Shown here: positions 29,532 to 39,487 of the stretch, piece after piece
Layout of the letters: every line of letters starts with the position of its first letter
Numbering within the stretch: position 1 is the first letter of the stretch
DNA from: Candidatus Tayloriibacteriota bacterium
GTDB taxonomy: Bacteria; Patescibacteriota; Minisyncoccia; Phycocordibacterales; PALSA-1337
Length of the DNA: 64,000 nucleotides
Assembly: GCA_052034805.1 (NCBI GenBank)
Contig: JBPOID010000007.1
Span: 26,495 to 90,494, forward strand
Direction: 5' to 3'
The notes under the pieces: model-generated
Told to the model about the DNA's origin: nothing
The model's input: the letters and a program-made list of their open reading frames with translations, nothing else
Database searches by the model: none
Position numbers and translations under genes: made by a program

Positions 29532-30740
29532 TTAGTCTATAAAGGTTAAAGCTTTTCCACCTTTACCAGCACGACCTGTACGGCCTATGCGATGTATATA
29601 GTCTTCGTATGTAGCAGGAAGTTCATAGTTTATAACATGACTTACATCAGGTATATCAAGCCCTCTTGCCGCGACATCTGTAGCAACTAGAACATTTGAT
29701 ATATTATCTCTGAATGATTTTAGAGCTTTTTGTCTTTGACTATGATTTTTATTTCCATGTATTGATTCTGCTTTTAATCCTTTATCGCATAGAAGCTTAG
29801 ATAATTTCTCAACACCATGTTTTGTTCTACCGAATATTATTACTTTATTGAATTCATTATTCGATAACATATCATGTAATAGATCGAATTTTGGTTTATT
29901 TCTTACATATACTACGTCCTGATCTACACTACGCGCGGTGTCGCCGGTCTTCACAGAAATACTTATAGGATTATTCAAGAATTCTTTTATAAGATTCTTT
30001 ATATCACTAGACAATGTAGCTGAGAAGAATAGAGTTTGTCTTTGTTTTGGCATTTCTCCTATCAAGAAACGCATATCATTTATGAATCCCATATCGAGCA
30101 TTCTATCGCTTTCATCTAATACAACAGTTTGGCATTTCTTTAGATTTATACAATTTCTCTTTACCAAATCTTTTATTCTACCAGGAGTTCCTATTACGAA
30201 ATTATGAGGACGACGCAAATCATTTATCTGACGGAATATAGGCATACCTCCAACTGTTGATACTGAATATATATTTAGACCATTAGCAAATTTGACCAAT
30301 TCTTGATTGATCTGTATTGCAAGCTCTCTTGTTGGAGTCATTATTAATATATTCTGTGTTCTATCTTTTATTACTTTATTTATTAAAGGAATAATAAAAG
30401 CAGCTGTTTTTCCTGTACCTGTATTCGCAATACCTACTATATCGCGTCCTTCTAATGTATGTGGTATAGATTGATCTTGTATTGGGGTAGGGTTTATATA
30501 TCCTGCATTTATTACATTTTTCTTTAACATTTCATCTATAGCAAAACTAGCAAATGAATTCACCGGTACATAAGGTTTAACATCTGCTACAGGCATAGCT
30601 TTATTTATAAATTTTGGAATATCACGAAATTCTCCATGATTTGATCTGGAATGTTTTCTCGCGAATCTATTCGCAGGTCTTTTCGATGGTTTAGCAAACC
30701 TTTTAATAGATGGTTTGCCATCAATTCTTTTTTTAAACAT
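29532..30740 (-). CDS. DEAD-box ATP-dependent RNA helicase
   Basis: Q-motif GYINPTPIQ, Walker A ANTGTGKT, DESD box (VLDESDRMLDMGF), SAT, HRIGRTGRAG. Basic N-terminal extension. Confidence 0.8.
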   Translation of the reverse strand: MFKKRIDGKPSIKRFAKPSKRPANRFARKHSRSNHGEFRDIPKFINKAMPVADVKPYVPVNSFASFAIDEMLKKNVINAGYINPTPIQDQSIPHTLEGRDIVGIANTGTGKTAAFIIPLINKVIKDRTQNILIMTPTRELAIQINQELVKFANGLNIYSVSTVGGMPIFRQINDLRRPHNFVIGTPGRIKDLVKRNCINLKKCQTVVLDESDRMLDMGFINDMRFLIGEMPKQRQTLFFSATLSSDIKNLIKEFLNNPISISVKTGDTARSVDQDVVYVRNKPKFDLLHDMLSNNEFNKVIIFGRTKHGVEKLSKLLCDKGLKAESIHGNKNHSQRQKALKSFRDNISNVLVATDVAARGLDIPDVSHVINYELPATYEDYIHRIGRTGRAGKGGKALTFID

Positions 30741-30969
30741 ATATTTCTTCTAGTCTTTAGGTATAAGGTATAAGCCGACTAGTATCTCTTTATTTCCAGA
30801 AGAATATATATGGATATAGAGATATAACTTAACTCTGTGAGTATATTACATACTGGCTATTTTGTCAATATTAACGTCTAATTATATATATTATTCTATA
30901 AAGAGCTTATATTAGACATTATATTAACACTTGCATTATATCTATATATATGGTATAGTTATATACAGT

Positions 30970-31236
30970 ATGGTTCTCAACAAAATCGAAGAGGGGAAAT
31001 TGGCGGAAGTCAAAGCGATTTGGAGAAGAATTTACCTTCATCCGGATCAGGATTTCCTTAATCAGGCAACCAATATGGTAGCATCTTTTTTGAAGGATCT
31101 GAGAGAAAAAGATCCAACATACAAGGATGTGTATCTTTGGCACATGCTTTCTGGTAGTACCGGTGGTACTATCTTTGACTTCGGGGGTGAATTGATTTAC
31201 ACCTTTATGAAGGAAATGGAAAAGAGGATTCCATAA
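30970..31236 (+). CDS. Hypothetical small protein (GC-enriched)
   Basis: Start chosen at the internal Met (MVLNKIEEGK) of ORF 30931..31236. About 42 % GC. Terminator hairpin immediately downstream. Confidence 0.3.
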   Translation: MVLNKIEEGKLAEVKAIWRRIYLHPDQDFLNQATNMVASFLKDLREKDPTYKDVYLWHMLSGSTGGTIFDFGGELIYTFMKEMEKRIP

Positions 31237-31254
31237 AAGAAATTCCTCAATCAA

Positions 31255-31287
31255 AGAACCGGCCCTAAAGGTCGGTTTTTCTTTTTA
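31255..31287 (+). terminator. Intrinsic terminator
   Basis: aaccggccctaaaggtcggtt followed by tttctttttaat. Confidence 0.5.
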
Positions 31288-31319
31288 ATATAATAGAAAG
31301 TATAAAATAAAAGATAATA

Positions 31320-31350
31320 GAAAAAGCGCGGGGCAGGCCGCGCTTTCTAA
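31320..31350. terminator. GC-rich bidirectional terminator hairpin
   Basis: agcgcgg-ggcagg-ccgcgct flanked by A-run and T-run. It serves the minus-strand gene 31381..31641. Confidence 0.55.
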
Positions 31351-31380
31351 TTTTGTCGTCCCTTGGGAGACGATGTATTG

Positions 31381-31641
31381 TTACGCCGCGATGGCGTGAT
31401 GTTCTTGAATCCTTGGCAAAGCCATAAGGAAACCGAGAAACGTATTCTCTGTAACAATGACTCCATCTGCTTTTTGGACATTATGAGTCATCTCTGTATT
31501 CGTGGGTATAGGATCAACTTCCATACGGAAGCTGTATCTTGTAAGTCTCGTAGCTTTTTCTGGTGTAAGCTCCGAAGCTTGTCTCGTGAATTCCTCGAGA
31601 CTTTCAGTGTCTCTCAAATCTAGCAATACCATAAGTTTCAT
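31381..31641 (-). CDS. Hypothetical small protein (GC-enriched)
   Basis: 86-aa ORF, about 47 % GC, with its own terminator. No family recognised. Confidence 0.35.
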   Translation of the reverse strand: MKLMVLLDLRDTESLEEFTRQASELTPEKATRLTRYSFRMEVDPIPTNTEMTHNVQKADGVIVTENTFLGFLMALPRIQEHHAIAA

Positions 31642-31778
31642 TGACTATCTTTTGACTTTGACCAGCCATGGTTTTGATCAAAAGACATTTACTAATCTGC
31701 CATCACTATATGATAGTTTGGTATAAAAATCAAGTGTATTTGTTGATAATTAGATTATCAGTATTTATCGGTTTTTTA

Positions 31779-31943
31779 ATAATTACTTATTTTAAATCCA
31801 ATATAAATACCCAATATTCCACCTATAGCGGTAAATATTATAGATGAAAAGGAAAGCATTCCTTCTCCCCATATACTAGGTATAAAACCGCCAATAGTTG
31901 AACCTATAAACATTCCTATCCAAATTAAAGTTTTTGAACTCAT
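31779..31943 (-). CDS. Small hydrophobic protein (about 54 aa, two predicted TM helices)
   Basis: Not in the ORF track. Translation MSSKTLIWIGMFIGSTIGGFIPSIWGEGMLSFSSIIFTAIGGILGIYIGFKISNY is cleanly hydrophobic. Located just downstream of the MFS gene on the same strand. Confidence 0.35.
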
Positions 31944-31950
31944 ATAGAGA

Positions 31951-33147
31951 TTATACCATCGATTCCATTGTTATATCTTCTGGTAAATTCATTTTCTCTA
32001 ATTCTTTTCTCTTTTTGTATAAGATTATAAAAGAAATAAATAAACATATTGAACTAAATAAAAATGGTATTATCACATCTAAACCATACATCAATCCTGA
32101 CAAGAATGGTCCGATCATCATACCTAATGATGTAATAGACGATAGTATACCGAGAGATTCACCACGTTCATTCTTTTTTGCTTGTCCTACTATTTGGCTT
32201 GTCATTATTACTCTTAATATTGATTGACTAAAGGTGATTATAAGCAATCCTATACAGAATACATAAAACAATTTTATACTTAGTAATATAAAGCCGAATG
32301 CAAATATAATTAATGCATTTAATTCTAATTTAGGTTCTTCGAAATATTTTAGCCAAATATGTTTCATCGCTAATCCCTGATTGATCGCTATAACTATACC
32401 TATTATTCCGAATATAATACCTCCTACTAATTCATTAAAAGAAAATACATCTCTTAAATATAAAGAGAATACAGCTTGGTATACAGATAATGATAAACCA
32501 AATAAAAACCAAGAAAGATAATTATTTCTAAGTGAATGATTCTTAACAGCTCTTATAATAGGTAAAAAAGGATTTATGCTTATTGGTTTTGTATTTAGAT
32601 TTTTATTAGTTTCTTCTAGAATAAATGTTGCCAATATTCCATTAAATAAAGCCAAGCCACCAACGAAGAAAAATGGCACACTATGTCCTATATGTCCCAA
32701 TACACCACCCAAGAATGGTCCAAGTATAAAAGCAATACCGAATATAGCACCTATAAGTCCTAGATTTGTTGTTCTTTCTTTATCATCTTTGGATATATCT
32801 GATAAATAACTTTGAGCTATGGGGAAATTACCAGCCATTATTCCATCTATTATTCTACCTATGAATAAGAAGAATATATTCGTAGCACTAGCAAAGACAA
32901 ACCATCCTATTGCAGTACTGAATATGCTTAGTATAAGCATTGGTCTACGTCCGAATCTATCTGATAATGCTCCTATAATAGGTGCACTAAAGAATGAAAA
33001 TAATGCATAAATAGAAAATAGGGAAGTTATGATAAAAGCAGAATTACTGAAACTAGCAACATAGAAAGGTAAAGTCGGTATAACTATACCTAGACCTATA
33101 ACGTCTATAAATACGGTTAATAATATTACTAATTTTATTTTCGGCAT
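31951..33147 (-). CDS. MFS transporter (drug:H+ antiporter-like)
   Basis: 12-TM layout and MFS motif A (GALSDRFGRRPMLILS). Confidence 0.75.
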   Translation of the reverse strand: MPKIKLVILLTVFIDVIGLGIVIPTLPFYVASFSNSAFIITSLFSIYALFSFFSAPIIGALSDRFGRRPMLILSIFSTAIGWFVFASATNIFFLFIGRIIDGIMAGNFPIAQSYLSDISKDDKERTTNLGLIGAIFGIAFILGPFLGGVLGHIGHSVPFFFVGGLALFNGILATFILEETNKNLNTKPISINPFLPIIRAVKNHSLRNNYLSWFLFGLSLSVYQAVFSLYLRDVFSFNELVGGIIFGIIGIVIAINQGLAMKHIWLKYFEEPKLELNALIIFAFGFILLSIKLFYVFCIGLLIITFSQSILRVIMTSQIVGQAKKNERGESLGILSSITSLGMMIGPFLSGLMYGLDVIIPFLFSSICLFISFIILYKKRKELEKMNLPEDITMESMV

Positions 33148-33272
33148 TTCATCTATGTATAATTAAAGCTATAGAAGTATAACATATGTATAACTGTTGA
33201 TTGTGTATATATGGATAGCATACTATAATATACAGGATATTTTTACATTGTAATATATTTTTTTAAATTAAT

Positions 33273-33974
33273 ATGATAAAAAAAGATAAAGGTTTTACTC
33301 TTATTGAACTTCTAGTTGTGATTTCAATAATAGGATTATTATCTACTGTTGTTCTAGCTTCCGTATCTGATACTAGATATAGAGCGATAAATGCCACTGT
33401 ATCTCAAGAAGTACGCAATCGAGAAACTGCAATGAATTTGCTTTTGGAAACTACTGATAGAGCATTCCCTGATCCTGGTAATACTTCTATGCCTGGTAAT
33501 ATAGTTGGTATAGGATCTTATTATTGTTTTGCAAAGAATGAGACAGATTGTTATTTTGCTGACACTTTGCTTAGTAGTGCTCCTATAGGTAATGGACTAT
33601 ATTCATTATTCAAAGCAAAAGAAGAAGATCCTCTCATGTTATCTCAATTAGCTACAGTTGGTGGAGGTCCACAAGCCGAATCATATTATTTGAATAATTA
33701 TATTGCTCCAGCAACTTATAAATATGGAACAGTAAAGGTTGGTCCACATAATAAAAGTTATAGTGTCGGTATTTTCTATAGATGTGCTACATCTGTTGTG
33801 AAAGATGGACTAACATACTGTTCTGGTGCAAATATATATTGGGTTCAAGTTAATTCTAGTATATGTAGGAATGGTCAGGTATTACTTTCTGGTGGCGGAA
33901 ATAATAATGTTCTATGTTATCAGGGTGCAGATGGAAATCCACCTTATGGTACCGAAGATACTAGTATTCTATAG
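33273..33974 (+). CDS. Type IV pilin-like protein (prepilin N-terminal domain)
   Basis: Short leader MIKKDKG followed by FTLIELLVVISIIGLLSTVVL. Confidence 0.7.
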   Translation: MIKKDKGFTLIELLVVISIIGLLSTVVLASVSDTRYRAINATVSQEVRNRETAMNLLLETTDRAFPDPGNTSMPGNIVGIGSYYCFAKNETDCYFADTLLSSAPIGNGLYSLFKAKEEDPLMLSQLATVGGGPQAESYYLNNYIAPATYKYGTVKVGPHNKSYSVGIFYRCATSVVKDGLTYCSGANIYWVQVNSSICRNGQVLLSGGGNNNVLCYQGADGNPPYGTEDTSIL

Positions 33975-33995
33975 ATATTGAATAATTATATAAAA

Positions 33996-34508
33996 TCAGA
34001 TTTTTCTACTATCATAGGCCCAATGCAATAATGCTTGTCTTTGTACTGGTCTACAGCTCATATCCATAGCTCTACAATTGTATTTTATTTGATAGATATG
34101 TCTCTTTATCGCTAGCCATCTCTTTATTTGTCTATCATCATCTATACATCTGCGTCCCATATAATATCTACAATACCATTGGAACCATCCGCGAGGATCT
34201 TCCTCGTATATCCAGCCTTTCTTTTGCCATATAGAAAGCGATTGACTAGCATTAACTTTGAAAAAATTAAGCTCAGGGTCTGGTTTATATGAATCTGGAC
34301 TTTGGAATTTGGCTTTAGAAAACCAATCTTTAGGAAATTCCTCGATACAATCTCGCATATATACACCACCGAATACTCCAAGTCCGAGCATTTCTTTTGG
34401 TGTTAGATCTGGTTTGAATCTTTTATCAAAGTTTTTACCTATAGGTTCTTTTAATTCATAGGTATAATTTTTCTGCATTCTATCATTAACTTTGATAATT
34501 TTATTCAT
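33996..34508 (-). CDS. Hypothetical protein (Trp/Tyr/Cys-rich C-terminal half)
   Basis: 170 aa with GWFQWYCRYYMGRRCIDDDRQIKRW. No family assigned. Confidence 0.35.
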   Translation of the reverse strand: MNKIIKVNDRMQKNYTYELKEPIGKNFDKRFKPDLTPKEMLGLGVFGGVYMRDCIEEFPKDWFSKAKFQSPDSYKPDPELNFFKVNASQSLSIWQKKGWIYEEDPRGWFQWYCRYYMGRRCIDDDRQIKRWLAIKRHIYQIKYNCRAMDMSCRPVQRQALLHWAYDSRKI

Positions 34509-34513
34509 TATAT

Positions 34514-35236
34514 TTAATTCAAACGGAATGATACCTTCACTGTTACCATAATATCTTTTTCTATACTAGAAGTATCATAATTTCCATAATCAGATATATC
34601 AACTGAATTAGATTGTAGAACTTGAACTACTCCACTTGAAGCTGATTGTACACTACCTACACTTTGACCAGTACCCTGGGCTATTTTCTCAGCTCTGGCT
34701 TTAGCATCCTGTACTGCTTGTGTTAGAAGAGAGACTCTTAGATCTGGTAATTTCGAATAATAATATTCTAGAGATTGAACTGATATTATAGCTCCTTGTG
34801 CTGCTAATTCTGGTATTTTCTTTGATATTTCTGTGATTTTATTAACATCATCTGATTGAATTGTTATTGTCTGTGCCAATTGATAACGCACTTGATTATT
34901 AGAATTTTGATCATACATTTGATTCATAGAAATAGGACTTGATATGAGATTGTCATTATCTATTCCGAATTTTTTCAATAATTCTTTTGCTAAATTGAAA
35001 TCATGAGAGATATCCTTGTAACCCTGAGAAAGTTCATCAGTCGTTGCGATGCGATTGATAGAAATAATCAATTTTGCTTTGTCAGAAGTAACTTGCTTTT
35101 TCACTGAACCTACAACTGAAAGTATATTTTTATTATTTATTGATTGTGATGAATAATAGAATATACCAAATACCAATGAACTGATAATTAATGCTATACC
35201 AATAATCATTGATGGAGAGAATTTTGATTCATTCAT
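34514..35236 (-). CDS. SIMPL-domain (DUF541) protein
   Basis: N-terminal TM anchor, central ...AQGAIISVQSL..., and a C-terminal VTVKVSFRLN typical of SIMPL/26-kDa periplasmic immunogenic protein family members. Confidence 0.6.
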   Translation of the reverse strand: MNESKFSPSMIIGIALIISSLVFGIFYYSSQSINNKNILSVVGSVKKQVTSDKAKLIISINRIATTDELSQGYKDISHDFNLAKELLKKFGIDNDNLISSPISMNQMYDQNSNNQVRYQLAQTITIQSDDVNKITEISKKIPELAAQGAIISVQSLEYYYSKLPDLRVSLLTQAVQDAKARAEKIAQGTGQSVGSVQSASSGVVQVLQSNSVDISDYGNYDTSSIEKDIMVTVKVSFRLN

Positions 35237-35331
35237 TGAATTTTATTTTAAATTTTAATTATCTATATTTTATAATAATCGTCTATAATAGGCAAAATTG
35301 TTTAATGTTTTAGTATTTGTATAGAAATGAA

Positions 35332-35634
35332 TTATTTTCTGGGTGGTCCCCATTGCCATCTAGGTTTCTCTCCTTTTCTATAACAGATAAATATCAGAAG
35401 GGCAGTCGATATAATAATAGGCAATGCAAATGTAAGGAAATTACTTCCTGAATCAGGATTTCCTGGTATAGATTCTTCTCTTGTGAGCACAAGGGTTAAT
35501 ATAAATGAAATATATAGAATAATGACAAGCCATCCTTGCCATTTCACAGGTGTCCAACCCCAGCCATAGAGTTTAGCTTTGAACCAATAGCCTTTTGGAT
35601 TGTCTTTGAAGTAATTTATATAGTCTTTGATCAT
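35332..35634 (-). CDS. Hypothetical small membrane protein
   Basis: 100 aa, Trp-rich N-terminus (YGWGWTPVKWQGW), two hydrophobic helices. Confidence 0.35.
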   Translation of the reverse strand: MIKDYINYFKDNPKGYWFKAKLYGWGWTPVKWQGWLVIILYISFILTLVLTREESIPGNPDSGSNFLTFALPIIISTALLIFICYRKGEKPRWQWGPPRK

Positions 35635-35701
35635 GTGTGTATTTTAACAGAGATTAAATGGAAATAGTAATGATTGGTTGTAATATTATTTTATATAAAA
35701 G

Positions 35702-35726
35702 AAAACGCATCTTTCTGAGATGCGTT
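35702..35726. terminator. Perfect 10-bp hairpin terminator (bidirectional)
   Basis: aaacgcatct ttctg agatgcgttt flanked by T-runs on both strands. Confidence 0.6.
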
Positions 35727-35742
35727 TTTGATTCTCTTAAAA

Positions 35743-36045
35743 TCAATCTAAGATCCCACATTGACCCTGATTGGGGATCCAAAGCACCGCTTCAGGCCAC
35801 TTTAGAGTTGATCTTTGAAGATTTTGAGGAAAATGAATGACTCGTCCGTCAGGGAAATGGGTGATTTTCGAAATCTTTCCTAGAATCGTCCCCCATTCAC
35901 CATAATAACGGTGTGAGATAAGAATCTCTGTTCCGTTCGAAAGTGCTTGTTCAAAAGCTTCTTTCGATGGGATATTGTCACGCTTAATCCCTATAAAGAT
36001 ACTTCTGGGATTTGAAGGGTAGCCATTTCGGTCTAGACGTGCCAT
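35743..36045 (-). CDS. Hypothetical protein (GC-enriched island)
   Basis: 100-aa ORF, about 47 % GC, followed by a terminator. No family recognised. Confidence 0.3.
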   Translation of the reverse strand: MARLDRNGYPSNPRSIFIGIKRDNIPSKEAFEQALSNGTEILISHRYYGEWGTILGKISKITHFPDGRVIHFPQNLQRSTLKWPEAVLWIPNQGQCGILD

Positions 36046-36075
36046 ACCTGTCCTTTCTTTTTTGAGTTGATGGGT

Positions 36076-36630
36076 TTAGCGAAGTGCGAGCAGTACCACA
36101 ACGAGGTGAAGCCATAAGCAGTTCACAGGATAAACCAAATCTTGCTTTTGTCCTTTCCACCGGAGAATTACAACGATGGTTTGAAAAGCAAACGAGATGG
36201 TCCATAGAAACCAGCATAGGGCGATTTCATTTTGAGGTTTTGTCCAGACACTTTGCAATGTCGGGATGAAACCAATGGTTATACCGAGCTGGAGCATCAT
36301 ATTGGTAACAGTGGGAGACTTGAGTTTCCACCACAAGAGACTTGCTGTGATACCAATCACGAGAACAATACTATCATTTGTACTCAATCCTTTGAGTTGT
36401 CCTTGGAAAAGGGTAAGTAAAAAGGTAAGTATGCATTGAATACTGCTAATGGTTGGAAGAAGACTCTTCCAACCATCCTTGCTCATCGCTTTATAGGAAG
36501 TGAAATTAAGGAGCGTCATAAAGCCCCATACTGCCCATGAAGTGATATTGGGATTGGCATGTCCTTGTAAAGTCTGCCAATTATAGATACCGAAAGCGAG
36601 AACATTTATAAGTCCCGCCATAACACCCAA
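36076..36630 (-). CDS. Hypothetical polytopic membrane protein, paralog B (partner at 27600..28169)
   Basis: Shared motif GFIPTLQSVWTKPQNE and the same length and topology as paralog A, but in a GC-rich context. Confidence 0.5.
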   Translation of the reverse strand: MGVMAGLINVLAFGIYNWQTLQGHANPNITSWAVWGFMTLLNFTSYKAMSKDGWKSLLPTISSIQCILTFLLTLFQGQLKGLSTNDSIVLVIGITASLLWWKLKSPTVTNMMLQLGITIGFIPTLQSVWTKPQNEIALCWFLWTISFAFQTIVVILRWKGQKQDLVYPVNCLWLHLVVVLLALR

Positions 36631-36788
36631 AAGAATGTCTAGTTTCAGAAAATTTCCTCTGTATAGCCTGACGGGATTGTCAGTCTTTTATCATATTACA
36701 ATATAAATAGTATAAAGTCAAATATACTTTGGGTTAATCTAATCTCTAATTACAATACTTAATATTTCTATTATTTATTTTATATAAT

Positions 36789-37034
36789 CTAAGATTTCTT
36801 CCATCTAGGGGCGAATCTAATCATCCAAGCAAAAAATTTAGCTTTGATTGGACTAGTACCATTTTTTCTCATTTGTTCATAACAGACTTTCTGAAATCCT
36901 TTAAGATCTCCCTCATAACAAAGCTTTCCTCCTTTAAAACAATAACTACAATAACGTGGATTCTCACGATTATCTCCCATCGGGTCCATATTAAATGGCA
37001 TTAGACAACTCTCACAACTTTTTGTTTTATTCAT
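36789..37034 (-). CDS. Zinc-ribbon domain protein (Zn_ribbon_2-like)
   Basis: CESCLMPF...ENPRYCSYCFKGG pattern resembles the family CxxCGMPL...YCSYC. Confidence 0.5.
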   Translation of the reverse strand: MNKTKSCESCLMPFNMDPMGDNRENPRYCSYCFKGGKLCYEGDLKGFQKVCYEQMRKNGTSPIKAKFFAWMIRFAPRWKKS

Positions 37035-37065
37035 GGTATTTATTATATCACTTTTTATATAAAAA

Positions 37066-38532
37066 CTACTCTAAATCAAATCTAACTACACACTTATCAG
37101 CCCGTACTCTCGGAAGATTAAGTCTACTCCATTCGGTATCGCCACCTTTGAGACTTATAGCTTTTATTCCAACTTGCTCGGCTTTGTAAGCGGCCAATCG
37201 GCTTGTATTGCCACGTCTGCAGACAAATATGACAGCTGTATTTTTGATCAGGTTTTTCTTGTTCTTTTTGAGATAGTCATCAAGACTATGAACTGGGACA
37301 TGGATTGATCCAGGAATATGATGGTCCTCGTACTCGCTATCATTTCTTACGTCAATAACAAGATAGCCATCTTTGTGAGCAATTTCTTCTTTATGCTTAA
37401 CTTTCTCCCAAATTTGTTCAGGTGTTTCGGTAAAGAGTAGTGAAAATGTCTCCTGTGAGTCGAGTTCTTTGATAGTTGGAATAGGTGTGGCAGGAATATG
37501 AGCGCCTTTTTCTTTGAGTAATTGCTCGTTTTCAATTTTTGGAAAATGTGACGGGTCGAGGTATTCAAAATACTCATCAATATATGGAAATGGACTATCA
37601 GGACAGACAAATACTGCAATCTTTTCCTCGCCAGACAATCTTTGCTTTGAAAGATGATTGAGAAGACCGACAAGCGCAAAGCCAGAACTTGGTCCGACAA
37701 AAAGTCCTGCACGACAGAGGTCCATAGACATTTTGAATGATTCGGTTGTGCCGATTTCTACCTGATGATCAAGTACAGACTTCCAGTCAAAGGCAATCTC
37801 TCGTAAGAGATTGTTTGTTCGCACCCCGGGTACTGGGTTGTTGGCAATACGAGATACTCCAACTATTTCAATGTCTGACTTTTTCTCTTTGAGATATGAA
37901 CCGATACCAACAACTGATCCAGTCGTACCAAGACCAACTGATAACATCGATATCTTGCCCTTAGTTTGTTCCCATATCTGCGGACCAGTCCATTTGTAGT
38001 GAGCGGCAGGATTGGCCTCATTGTCATATTGACCAGGATTAAACCATCCTTTTTCCTTGGACCACACTTTTGCTTTGTAGATTCCGCTTGTAGGATCGCT
38101 TGGATCAGGACAGATCGGCTCTTTATTGACGATAACTTCGTTACCGAGGAATCGTAGGATATTCAATTTGCCTCGGCTTACCTCATGAGACACAACTGCC
38201 TTGGTGTGGGGTATGCCCATAAGTCGTGCTATAACAGCCAGTGAGAAAACAGTATTGCCTGAAGAATTTTCGATAATAGTATCAGGCAATAATCCTTTTT
38301 CTTTACGGTCCAAAAGCATATTGTATGCAGGCAATGACTTTACATTCGCAAGTGGCAATGCATTCATAAGCTTGGCAAAAATACGCACGCCGTCTTTGCG
38401 ATACGGATTCAGGTGGTCGGGTATCTCTACAAGTGGCGTGTATGGCGCATTGTCGGGGTTGAGAAAATCAAGAACAGCGTCGCTGCCTTCAAAAGTATTG
38501 AGTATTTTTTGTTCGTTAGTTTTTGGAATCAT
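37066..38532 (-). CDS. Fusion of a PLP-dependent cysteine-synthase-like (fold type II) enzyme with a rhodanese domain
   Basis: N-terminal TPLVEIP...NVKSLPAYNML...GTTGSVVGIGSYL matches the CysK/CBS-family layout. C-terminal YLVIDVRNDSEYEDHHIPGSIHVP...FVCRRGNTS is a rhodanese with catalytic Cys. Confidence 0.6.
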   Translation of the reverse strand: MIPKTNEQKILNTFEGSDAVLDFLNPDNAPYTPLVEIPDHLNPYRKDGVRIFAKLMNALPLANVKSLPAYNMLLDRKEKGLLPDTIIENSSGNTVFSLAVIARLMGIPHTKAVVSHEVSRGKLNILRFLGNEVIVNKEPICPDPSDPTSGIYKAKVWSKEKGWFNPGQYDNEANPAAHYKWTGPQIWEQTKGKISMLSVGLGTTGSVVGIGSYLKEKKSDIEIVGVSRIANNPVPGVRTNNLLREIAFDWKSVLDHQVEIGTTESFKMSMDLCRAGLFVGPSSGFALVGLLNHLSKQRLSGEEKIAVFVCPDSPFPYIDEYFEYLDPSHFPKIENEQLLKEKGAHIPATPIPTIKELDSQETFSLLFTETPEQIWEKVKHKEEIAHKDGYLVIDVRNDSEYEDHHIPGSIHVPVHSLDDYLKKNKKNLIKNTAVIFVCRRGNTSRLAAYKAEQVGIKAISLKGGDTEWSRLNLPRVRADKCVVRFDLE

Positions 38533-39484
38533 GGCTAAAAGTAAATTCAGGGTCTATTTGGTTTGTAAGATCACCGAATCGTTCTTTTACAAAACCCTGT
38601 GCGACGTATTTTTTATGTAATTCCCAGATTTTTTTGAGTCTCGCATCTCGATTGTCTGGTTCGGCATTTAATGTACTAAAAACTTTCTCAAGTAATTCTT
38701 GATTATTGATATTAAGTTTCGATACAGACAATGCGGCACCATCTTGGTCGATAGTGCGAATATGTTCGTCATCAGTGAAGAATCCGATGATCTTTTTCTC
38801 GGTAATATGCGATTTTATAAATTCCATATCATTATCATTTCTGATTTTGTTACCAATTACTCGCACGCTATCTGCGACATCGGCTTCAGTCGCCAATTCC
38901 ATGTATTTGGTATAAACCTCAATACTTCGCATGGTTGGTTCAACGATGAGGCAGGTCAGATCGAACTGAGCATGAAGTGTCCCTGCAAATGAATCTACCC
39001 CTGCGACCATATCAGCAATTACATAGCCGTTCTTGTCGTCGGTGTGATTCAAAATGCTTTCGAGGATGGCAAGATTGTTGTGATAGCAACTAGCGCCGAT
39101 GTCTTCTTCTTGGTAGGTACCAACCGCAAAGACAGAAAGATTGCCTCGATGAAGTCCGTACGAGCCGATAGGTGTCTCCTTGATTGATTCAATTTTTATA
39201 ATGTTCGACTTGCGTGTCGGCGGTGTTGATTTGCGGAATGCACCAAGGTTTGTAATGTCGTTGTTACCAATAAGCCACTTTTTTATTTCCTCTGACACTT
39301 TCGGGTGCGATAGATGTTTATCGAAGGGAATACCATCAAAACCAAGTAGCTCTGGTGCATGGATGTTGAGATCAGCATCAAAAACAGCTACCTCTTCGGT
39401 AGTCTTTTTTGAAACATATGTGGCGAATGAGGCGGAAAGCGTACTCTTGCCCGATCCGCCTTTTCCAACAAAGGCGATTCTCAT
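38516..39484 (-). CDS. MinD/ParA-superfamily P-loop ATPase (CooC-like)
   Basis: Deviant Walker A IAFVGKGGSGKST and downstream VFDAD. Overlaps the PLP/rhodanese gene by 17 nt. Confidence 0.6.
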   Translation of the reverse strand: MRIAFVGKGGSGKSTLSASFATYVSKKTTEEVAVFDADLNIHAPELLGFDGIPFDKHLSHPKVSEEIKKWLIGNNDITNLGAFRKSTPPTRKSNIIKIESIKETPIGSYGLHRGNLSVFAVGTYQEEDIGASCYHNNLAILESILNHTDDKNGYVIADMVAGVDSFAGTLHAQFDLTCLIVEPTMRSIEVYTKYMELATEADVADSVRVIGNKIRNDNDMEFIKSHITEKKIIGFFTDDEHIRTIDQDGAALSVSKLNINNQELLEKVFSTLNAEPDNRDARLKKIWELHKKYVAQGFVKERFGDLTNQIDPEFTFSHDSKN

Positions 39485-39487
39485 ATA

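Noticed and set aside
30919-31254. 111-aa minus-strand ORF overlapping 30931..31236
   Set aside because: The plus-strand frame gives a more protein-like translation and is followed by a plus-strand terminator. The minus frame is low-complexity.
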